A stretch of 63,730 nucleotides of DNA, the filler included, from Octopus bimaculoides (Eukaryota), in assembly GCF_001194135.2 (NCBI RefSeq). It is 7 parts of 6 records of this genome, joined end to end, with 100 filler letters (N's around TTAATTAATTAA, not from the genome) between each part and the next. Parts side by side here need not be neighbours in the genome. Positions count along the whole stretch, not along the records: positions 51,399 to 55,607 come from NC_068997.1; positions 55,708 to 59,320 come from NC_069006.1; positions 59,421 to 63,730 come from NC_069007.1; 4 more parts are not named here. One strand, written 5' to 3'. The notes beneath the pieces are model-generated. The model made no database searches and was not told the DNA's origin. It worked only from the letters and a program-made list of their open reading frames with translations. This document shows, in pieces, positions 55,193 to 63,730 of the stretch (position 1 is its first letter; every line of letters starts with the position of its first letter). Both the position numbers and the translations under genes were made by a program.

Positions 55193-55590
55193 CGCAGGAG
55201 TGGCTGTGTGGTATGTAGTTTGCTTACCAACCACATGGTTCCGGGTTCAGTCCCACTGTGTGGCACCTTGGGTAAGTGTCTTCTACTATAACCTCGAGCC
55301 GACCAAAGCCTTGTGAGTGGATTTGGTAGACGGAAACTGAAAGAAGACCATCGTATATGTGTATATGTATATATATGTATGTATGTGTTTGTTTGTGTGT
55401 GTTTGTCCCCTCAACATCGCTTGACAACCGATGCTGGTGTGTTTACGTCCCCGTAACTTAGCGGTTCGGCAAAAGACACCGATAGTATAAGTACTAGGCT
55501 TACAAAGAGTAAGTCCTGGGGTTGATTTGCTCGACTAAAGGCGGTGCTCCAGCATTTCCGCAGTCAAATGACTGAAACAAGTAAAAGAGA
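55193..55590 (+). mobile_element. SINE family A, full length
   Basis: tRNA-like head (gtggctgtgtgg, ggttcagtccc), core and tail. Confidence 0.92.
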
Positions 55591-55607
55591 TACGTGTATG
55601 TATATGT

Positions 55608-55707
55608 NNNNNNNNNNNNNNNNNNNNNNNNNNNNNNNNNNNNNNNNNNNNTTAATTAATTAANNNNNNNNNNNNNNNNNNNNNNNNNNNNNNNNNNNNN
55701 NNNNNNN
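55608..55707. other. Artificial scaffold linker
   Basis: TTAATTAATTAA at 55652-55663. Confidence 0.95.
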
Positions 55708-55720
55708 TGTGTGTATGTCT

Positions 55721-55751
<31 letters not shown>

Positions 55752-56117
55752 TCTTTTCTGCCAACCTATCACTTTTAATCGATTCATTTCTTACACAAAC
55801 ACAGGGGCCGCAGACTTTTGCTGTGAGGTCAATATGGTCGATTCGATTATATCGACCTTCTTCGATATCTAAACTGGAACTATATTTCGTCGACCTCAAA
55901 GGAATGAAAATAACCAAGATGAACCCCCAACGGTATTTGAACTCAAAACGTATAAAGCCGTTCTTCGTAAGCCGTTTCATCAAACGCTGCACCGATTCTA
56001 CCAATCATCAACTTCCGATACATTCAGGTCAGTTCAATCGATTATTCATTTCTTGTCCTCGAAACTTAGATTTGTATCTCCGTCCCACTACAGGGCTATC
56101 TCTTTTCCCCCCACTCA

Positions 56118-56158
<41 letters not shown>

Positions 56159-56285
56159 CTTCTTTCTCTTTCTTTTTCTCACCCTCTCCCTTTATCTCTT
56201 TCTCACTATGTACTCTTTCTACCAATCTATCTATCTATCACTCTTTCTCGCCCTGTCTCTTTATCATTCTATCTCTCATTATGTA

Positions 56286-56328
<43 letters not shown>

Positions 56329-56339
56329 TTCCTCTCTCT

Positions 56340-56370
<31 letters not shown>

Positions 56371-56759
56371 CTCTCTCTCTGGACACTTTCCGATTTATGC
56401 AAACACCTACTGTGTCCNNNNNNNNNNNNNNNNNNNNNNNNNNNNNNNNNNNNNNNNNNNNNNNNNNNNNNNNNNNNNNNNNNNNNNNNNNNNNNNNNNN
56501 NNNNNNNNNNNNNNNNNNNNNNNNNNNNNNNNNNNNNNNNNNNNNNNNNNNNNNNNNNNNNNNNNNNNNNNNNNNNNNNNNNNNNNNNNNNNNNNNNNNN
56601 NNNNNNNNNNNNNNNNNNNNNNNNNNNNNNNNNNNNNNNNNNNNNNNNNNNNNNNNNNNNNNNNNNNNNNNNNNNNNNNNNNNNNNNNNNNNNNNNNNNN
56701 NNNNNNNNNNNNNNNGGACGGTGATGATGGTGGTAATAATGATGGTGGTGGGAATATTA

Positions 56760-56935
56760 GTGGTGACGGCACCGGTAGCGACGGTGATGCAGCGGCAGCG
56801 ACGGTGACGCAGCGGCAACGGCGGCGGAAGCGGCGGAAGCGGCGGAAGCGGCGGAAGCGGCGGGAGCGGAGGCGGGAGCGGAGGCGAAAGCGGCGGGAGC
56901 GGTGGCAGCGGCGGCGGAGTTGGTGGCGGTGGTGT
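56760..56935. repeat. GC-rich (GCGGCGGAA)n-type tandem repeat
   Basis: Seen directly. Confidence 0.85.
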
Positions 56936-57629
56936 GCATTATAAATTGCACCGGAATTGTTCTGATATACAACAGCACTGAAAGTGCAACAAGCGGCAAC
57001 GTCGTCCGTCTGACGACAGAACAAGAAGACAGCAACAGCAACGTGCGGTTCAAAAGTGAAGACGTCTTCGTAGTTTGGTGATTGACGAGCTGAAGACGTT
57101 TCCGTGGGAATAATAATAACAATACTAATAATAATAATGATGATGAGGATGATGATGATGATGATATAGCAACTGCAGATGGATGGATGAGTCAAGTGAG
57201 GGTCCCAATTGTAAGTCAACTGATTATTCATGTCTGATTATATCAAAGATCGATATGTATATGATAGAACACAAGAGCATAATCTAATTGGTGAAGCAAT
57301 GGAAACGGTGACCAAAGGCGATGGATTTATTCAATCTTGTGGAAGATTGTATTGGATAAATACAGCGTTGGCACCGTAATGTATTGACGGTGGGCCGTCT
57401 ACTGTATTGGGGAATCGATCTGGATTGGGTGTGCATATATGTATATATATGTTTGTGTGGGGGAGGGTGTTAATGTGAGTGCGTATATGCATACGCATAT
57501 ACATGTGTACATACATATACATAGGTGTGTATGTATGCATGTACGTACGTACGTATGTATGTATGTATGTATGTACCACTGACTCCTTAAGTACTGATGG
57601 TGCACCGGCTATTTTGGGAAATCGTTCTG

Positions 57630-57797
57630 AATGATATATATCGGTTATATCGATCCCTGTGTTCAACTGGTACTTATCTTATCGACCCCGAAAGGATGAA
57701 AAGCGAAGTCAACCTCGACGGAATTTGAACTCAGAACGTAGCGACGGGCGAAATACCGCCAAGCATTTTGCCCGGCGTGCTAACGATTCTGCCAGTA
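57630..57797 (-). mobile_element. SINE family B
   Basis: Core and B-box motifs. Confidence 0.88.
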
Positions 57798-58913
57798 ATA
57801 AGACGGCCTTGGAGCAGTTCTTCGGTTTGTGAGTGACTATCTCTGCGAATTAAGGCTTTTGTTCCTGCTTCATATTAGGAGAGAATTTAAGACCCAAATG
57901 GCCGCTCGACACGACATCCGGATCGCTTACAGCACCAAAATGTCATACATCTCAAAATGAATAACAATCAACAACAGCAGCAGTGGCCACAGCAGCAGTG
58001 GCCACAGCAGCAGCAACCGCCAGCCCATTAACTGGTTTTTATTAGTAACATCTTGAAACCGCCCCCTTTTATTTCTAAAATTTTAACATCTGTCAAAAAT
58101 TTATCGTTTAACTGTTGACACTTTTTAATATTAAATTATCAAGTTTGACATTTTGGATTTTGGTTTTTAGATTTAAGATTGAGAACTGCGATTCTCGAAA
58201 GCAGATCGACCATTGCTGGCATAGAGACAACTCATCGTCAGCCAGGTAGATTGCGGAGGTGGGTTAGTTATGCGATACAGGTTTCTGGGCCCTTATACCC
58301 GAGGTATCATGCTAAATCTGAATTCTTAAGTTAGCCCCTTTGACTCCCGTTAGCTGGTGAGTCGAGTGGAACATGCAGAATGAAATGTACTGTCCAGGAA
58401 AACAGAAAATGGAATGCCTGCAGCCGGGTTTGAACTCGTCTGTCTAAAGTTAGTAACTCAATGATACGTTCGTCTGTTGTTTTACTTCTTTATATAACAA
58501 TACACACATACGTATACATGCACACACACACAAACACATTAATGCATTGGGATCTGAACTGTATGATCTTGTCTACCCCCTGATGACGGAGGCTCGTCTT
58601 ATCCAACGTTAATTTCATCCACATGGCCGCATATTGAGATGAACCACATCTACCAACATTATTATGGATCCCGGAGCCCCACCCCAGAAACAGCTGCTAG
58701 ACTCAAAGCACCTTTCTTCCACCCCTTCAATTTTCCCTGTCCTTTGTACTCTGTGTAAGTCGGACCTATTAATATAAATATCTATAGATTTATACTTAAA
58801 AATTCATCATCTAAAAGTCTCCACCCTTTGCTTTCTCTCGTTTTGCATCTATACACAAACTATCATATATTTAATATATTTAATGTATCTAACTTATTTA
58901 TCCGTATAATTGC

Positions 58914-58948
<35 letters not shown>

Positions 58949-59271
58949 TCTGTGTGCGCGTGTGAATATATATGTATATGTATATACATATATGTGCATA
59001 TATATATATCTATAAAAAAGAAGTTTAAATAGATATATATATACATGTTATATATATGTGGCGGGGTATGAATATATGCATATAATATATGTATATAGAT
59101 GAATATCTCGCGTAGAGAGATTTTAGAACTAATATATATATANNNNNNNNNNGTGTGTATATGTGTGTATATATATATATATGTATGTATGTATGTATGC
59201 ATGTAAGTATGTATGTATGTATATTTTTTATGATCTTTAACTGGTTTTCAGCCAGGGGATATAGTCATATA

Positions 59272-59320
<49 letters not shown>

Positions 59321-59420
59321 NNNNNNNNNNNNNNNNNNNNNNNNNNNNNNNNNNNNNNNNNNNNTTAATTAATTAANNNNNNNNNNNNNNNNNNNNNNNN
59401 NNNNNNNNNNNNNNNNNNNN
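59321..59420. other. Artificial scaffold linker
   Basis: TTAATTAATTAA at 59365-59376. Confidence 0.95.
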
Positions 59421-59424
59421 CGAT

Positions 59425-59746
59425 AACTACTGACCGAGACCTTTGGAAATGTGCTGTGCGTGAGAAGACCCAGCAAGCCAAGTGAGATCGTTGCCAGTGC
59501 CCCTGGATTGGCTCTTGTGCGGGTGGCACATAAAAGACACCATTTCAAGCGTGGCCGTTTTCGTGCGGGTGACATGTAAAAGCACTCACTACACTCTCTG
59601 AGTGGTTGGTATTAGGAAGGGCATCCAGCTGTAGAAACTCTGCCAAATTAGATTGGAGCCTGGTGTTGCCATCCGGTTTCACCAGTCCTCAGTCAAATCG
59701 TCCAACCCATGCTAGCATGGAAAGCGGACGTTAAACGATGATGATG

Positions 59747-59788
<42 letters not shown>

Positions 59789-59870
59789 ACATACACACAC
59801 ATAAATCGTCCAACCCATGCTAGCATGGAAAGCGGACGTTAAACGACGATGATGATGATGATGATGATAT
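59425..59870 (+). mobile_element. RTE LINE 3' end/derived SINE with duplicated 3' tail
   Basis: DRDLWKCAVREKTQQAK* then UTR and (GAT)n; the aaatcgtccaacccatgc...gatgat tail recurs at 59805-59870. Confidence 0.85.
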
Positions 59871-59889
59871 ATATAAATATATATATATA

Positions 59890-60220
59890 TAGGAGACCCC
59901 CTTCAGTCATGACTGACCCTGGGATTGCACCTAGAAAGTTACCCTCCGAGGCACAAGTCCAGAGAAGGTTGTTTATGGAAGACCAGCAGTCGCCCATGCA
60001 TACCAGCCTCCCCACTTCATGCCACCGATGTTATCCAAGGGAAAGGCAAAGGCCGATACAGCTTGGCACCAGTGACGTCACAACTCATTTCTACAGCTGA
60101 GTGAAGTGGAGCAACGTGAAATAAAGTGTCTTGCTCAAGAACACAACACGCAGCCCGGTCCGGGAATTAAACTCACAACCTCACATTCATAAGCTCAACG
60201 CTCTAACCACTGAGCCATGG
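59890..60220 (-). mobile_element. tRNA-headed SINE sharing the family C core but with a different tail
   Basis: gaaataaagtgtcttgctcaagaaca core and ctctaaccactgagccat head. Confidence 0.8.
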
Positions 60221-60570
60221 TAGAGAACTAGTTGGATGAAATTTTATTCAACAATAAGAAAATTCTAATATCACAACAAATTGTTTTGTAACTTAAAAAC
60301 ATGTAAATAATTTATATTATTACATTTAATAATAAATAAATTACATGTCTGCATTAATGCAAAATGCAAAAATTCCTTCAAGATAATGCAGAATTTAAGC
60401 ACAAGGCTTTCATCAGTCCAGGGTTTTAATAGGATACTTGCTCAAGGTGCCACTCAGGGCGACTGAACCCCAAACCAAGTGATCTTATAAATCAGTGCAA
60501 ACAGAAACAAACATTACACACGGACAGTTTTCAAGGGTAGCAAGTGGACATGAGCCCTTCATGTGGACAA

Positions 60571-60640
60571 CACAAAGTGGACAACACAAAGTGGACAACA
60601 CAAAGTGGACAACACGAAGTGGACAACAGAAACATGTGGA
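60571..60640. repeat. 14-bp minisatellite (GTGGACAACACAAA) about 4-5 copies
   Basis: Seen directly. Confidence 0.9.
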
Positions 60641-60705
60641 TAGTACATAGATAAATAGAAACAAGGACACACAGACAGCAAAAAATAGACAACAGCTTCA
60701 CTTAC

Positions 60706-60889
60706 CTATGATGGTAAAGTATTTCACCTCACAATTATCACAGACAATGGCCAGTTTACAGCTATATTTGCCAACAATGTGAGGTTCAAACCTCACTTCT
60801 ATTACTCCAACCAAATTTTTCCTCATCCCAAATGTAGCAGGTCCAATACAAAAGGGAGGTATGGTAATATGTTCTTGCTGGGCATACGT
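60706..60889 (-). CDS. DLEC1: DLEC1/CFAP81-like internal exon (ASH/Ig-like domain), 184 nt, phase 0 to 1
   Basis: Acceptor ttttctctttctcttaatggcag, donor ATAG|gtaagt; TYAQQEHITIPPFCIGPATFGMRKNLVGVIEVRFEPHIVGKYSCKLAIVCDNCEVKYFTII(G) resembles recalled human DLEC1 ...QPPFGILPSVFEL...VEVLFSP...IMCDNCQIKELVTIG. Missed by the ORF track. Confidence 0.75.
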
Positions 60890-61059
60890 CTGCCATTAAG
60901 AGAAAGAGAAAACAGGCTGTTTAAAAGACTTGCCTTGACTCTATTTTCATGTATGTGTATGCAAGACAGGGTTATTTTATTACTTTTCATTATCTTAAAA
61001 ACAGACTATTTTAACAGAAATATGGAACGAAAATTTCAGAAGGGTGTATGTTAATACTC

Positions 61060-61467
61060 TTTTACTCTTTCACTTGTTTCAGTCATTTGACTGTGGCCAT
61101 GCTGGAGCACCACCTTTAGTTGAGCAAATCGACCCCAGGACTTATTCTTTGTAAGCCTAGTACTTATTCTGTCGGCCTCTTTTGCTGAACCACTAAGTTA
61201 CGGAGACGTAAACACACCAGCATCGGTTGTCAAGCGATGTTGGGGGGGACAAACACAGACACACAAACACACACATATATATATATATACATATACATAT
61301 ATACAACGGGCTTCTTTCAGTTTCCATCTACTAAATCCACTCACAAGGCTTTGGTCGGCCCAAGGCTATAGTAGAAGACACTTGCTCAAGATGCCACGCA
61401 GTGGGACTGAACCCGGAACCATGTGGTTTGTAAGCAAGCTACTTACCACATAGCCACTCCTACGCCT
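61060..61467 (-). mobile_element. SINE family A, full length
   Basis: Reverse complement of the 55193 type. Confidence 0.92.
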
Positions 61468-61939
61468 ATAACAAGATTATATTTTGAGATTTTAGACTAG
61501 AAATTGTTTTCAATTATATAAGATATGCTAGTTTCTCACCTGAGCAGAGAAATCTATAATTCATTGTATATTTTCTGCCTTGATACCTTACCTTAATTCA
61601 TTTAGATTATTTGAAATATGAAATAGCAGCAGGGCTAATGTAATAAACATCTTCAACTACATACACTTAATGTATATTCCTTTTGAATTTGTCAGTAGGC
61701 TGCGAACTGGCATGGTGGAGAAAACTCCCTCAAAGCACCAGGTGTTAAAACACCTGATAAGTCATGAACAGGTGAGATAACTCACCTCCAGTCCCATCCA
61801 CGAGTGAGGGTCATTGATGTTTCACCACTTTTGTGACTTATAACATCATGTACCTGGACAGGATTGCAGGTGAATCATATGACTTACACACATATACTGA
61901 GCAAACTATGTGAAGTATGCCCAGTGAATGCATGCATCA

Positions 61940-62445
61940 TCATCATCAACATCATCATCGTTTAACATCCGCTTTCCATGCTGGCATGGGTTGGACGGTT
62001 TGACTGAGATCTGGCAAGCCAGTGGGCTGCACCAGGCTCCAATCTGATTTTGCAGTTTCTACAGCTGGATGCCCTTCCTAATGCCGACTACTCTGAGAGT
62101 GTAGTGGTGGGTACTTTTTATGTACCACCGGCCAGTCAGGGGCACTAGCATCGACCACGTTCGGATGGTGCTTTTCATGCGCCACCAGTATGGGGATCCA
62201 GTCAGGTGGCACTAGCATCGACCCATGCTTGAATGGTGCTTATTACATGCCACTAGCACGGGTGCCAGTCAGGTGGCACTGGCCACGACTACGATTTCGA
62301 TTTCACTTGATTCAACAGGTCTTCTCAAGCACATCATATTGCCCAACACTTCAAGGGTACTTTTAAATGGCCTGGTTATGCAACACTGGTATTGGCCACG
62401 ACTGCAATCTCACTTTACTTGCCAGGTCTTCTCAATCACAGAATA
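61940..62445 (-). mobile_element. RTE 3'-end-derived element
   Basis: (CAT)n followed by the reversed RTE tail and UTR repeats. Confidence 0.8.
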
Positions 62446-62447
62446 TC

Positions 62448-62540
62448 TTCAGAGCGTCATACTAATATATACTTTTGTTATTTACACCACCTGTCCTCGT
62501 CTGTTGTTATTATTTGTATATTCTCCCATATATATGTATA

Positions 62541-62585
<45 letters not shown>

Positions 62586-63150
62586 NNNNNNNNNNNNNNN
62601 NNNNNNNNNNNNNNNNNNNNNNNNNNNNNNNNNNNNNNNNNNNNNNNNNNNNNNNNNNNNNNNNNNNNNNNNNNNNNNNNNNNNNNNNNNNNNNNNNNNN
62701 NNNNNNNNNNNNNNNNNNNNNNNNNNNNNNNNNNNNNNNNNNNNNNNNNNNNNNNNNNNNNNNNNNNNNNNNNNNNNNNNNNNNNNNNNNNNNNNNNNNN
62801 NNNNNNNNNNNNNNNNNNNNNNNNNNNNNNNNNNNNNNNNNNNNNNNNNNNNNNNNNNNNNNNNNNNNNNNNNNNNNNNNNNNNNNNNNNNNNNNNNNNN
62901 NNNNNNNNNNNNNNNNNNNNNNNNNNNNNNNNNNNNNNNNNNNNNNNNNNNNNNNNTATATATATATATATATATATGGGAGAATATACAAATAATAACA
63001 ACAGACGACGACAGGTGGTGTAAATAACAAAAGTATATATTAGTATGACGCTCGGGAATACGGAAAGTCTTTGACGTTTCGAGCTACGCTCTTCAACAGA
63101 AAGAATACGGAGACAAGGAGAAAAACACGGAGAAAAAAAATTGAATAGTG
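62448..63150. mobile_element. Inverted Penelope-like terminal repeats flanking (TA)n and a gap
   Basis: 62448-62530 is nearly the reverse complement of 62955-63050; partial third copy at 51550-51610. Confidence 0.6.
63068..63104 (-). ncRNA. Minimal type I hammerhead-ribozyme-like motif (variant core)
   Basis: TCTTT-CTGTTGA-A-GAGC-gta-GCTC-GAAAC-GTC-AAAGA: stems I, II and III pair; core differs from CUGANGA at position 6. Confidence 0.55.
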
Positions 63151-63297
63151 TTCAGTCAACGGTCAATCATACACACACATATATATAACAGCCAAGGATC
63201 GAAGTGTGGGAAGTAAGTTAGCTTCAAGCAATCCGAAGTTAATACAAAAACAGAACTTTCAAGGACAATAATGATTTACTGAGACAGGAGGTTCTCT

Positions 63298-63500
63298 TTG
63301 ACTCTTTTACTTGTTTCAGTCATTTGACTGTGGCCATGCTGGAGCACCGCCTTTAGTCAGGCAAATCGAACCAAGCACTTACTCTTTGTAAGCCTAGTAC
63401 TTATTCTATCGGTGTCTTTTGCCGAACCGCTAAGTTACGGGGACGTAAACACACCAGCATCGGTTGTCAAGTGATGTTGGGGGACAAATACAGACACACA
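63298..63500 (-). mobile_element. SINE family A 3' part
   Basis: Family tail motifs. Confidence 0.88.
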
Positions 63501-63586
63501 CACAGTGTGCTCAACTAAAGGCTGTGCTCCAGTATGGTCGCAGTCAAATGACGGAAACAAGTAAAAGAGTAAAGAGATATGTGTAT

Positions 63587-63730
63587 ATCATCATCATCAT
63601 CATCGTTTAACGTCCGCTTTCCATGCTAGCATGGGTTGGACAATTTGACTGAGGACTGGTGAAACCGGATGGCAACACCAGGCTCCAGTCTAATTTGGCA
63701 GAGTTTCTACAGCTGGATGCCCTTCCTAAC
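63587..63730 (-). mobile_element. RTE 3' tail, runs off the window
   Basis: Reverse complement of 59620-59745. Confidence 0.85.

Noticed and set aside
56407-57231. Arg/Ala-rich ORFs
   Set aside because: Generated by the (GCGGCGGAA)n repeat and a gap; no recognisable domain.
60571-60640. Short regular repeats resembling a CRISPR array
   Set aside because: Head-to-tail 14-mer with no unique spacers, in eukaryotic DNA.
61786-61853. Minus-strand exon candidate upstream of the DLEC1 exon
   Set aside because: Ends in phase 2 whereas the DLEC1 exon starts in phase 0, and does not resemble the expected ...SWPPLSFK segment.

Overview
Gap-ridden, AT-rich eukaryotic DNA, dominated by microsatellites and retroposons. 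The repeat families and TTAGGG-type arrays look like a coleoid cephalopod, probably Octopus (inference). Only two host coding exons are convincing, both on the minus strand: the first coding exon of an ACE-like (M2 peptidase) gene at 53438-53623 and an internal DLEC1/CFAP81-like exon at 60706-60889. The rest is a dense transposon mosaic: several tRNA-headed SINE families, 5S rRNA-headed SINEs (SINE3), R4/Dong-like RLE LINE fragments that all start in (AAT)n tracts, RTE and CR1/L2-like LINE 3' ends, a MULE transposase relic, Penelope-like pieces (a GIY-YIG C-terminus and repeats carrying a minimal hammerhead-ribozyme-like motif), a foldback element and a telomere-repeat MITE. Six artificial N44-TTAATTAATTAA-N44 linkers mark scaffold joins, so order across them is unproven. 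Most long ORFs in the supplied track are artefacts of N gaps or simple repeats. Family names come from recalled motifs, not database searches; repeat boundaries are approximate.
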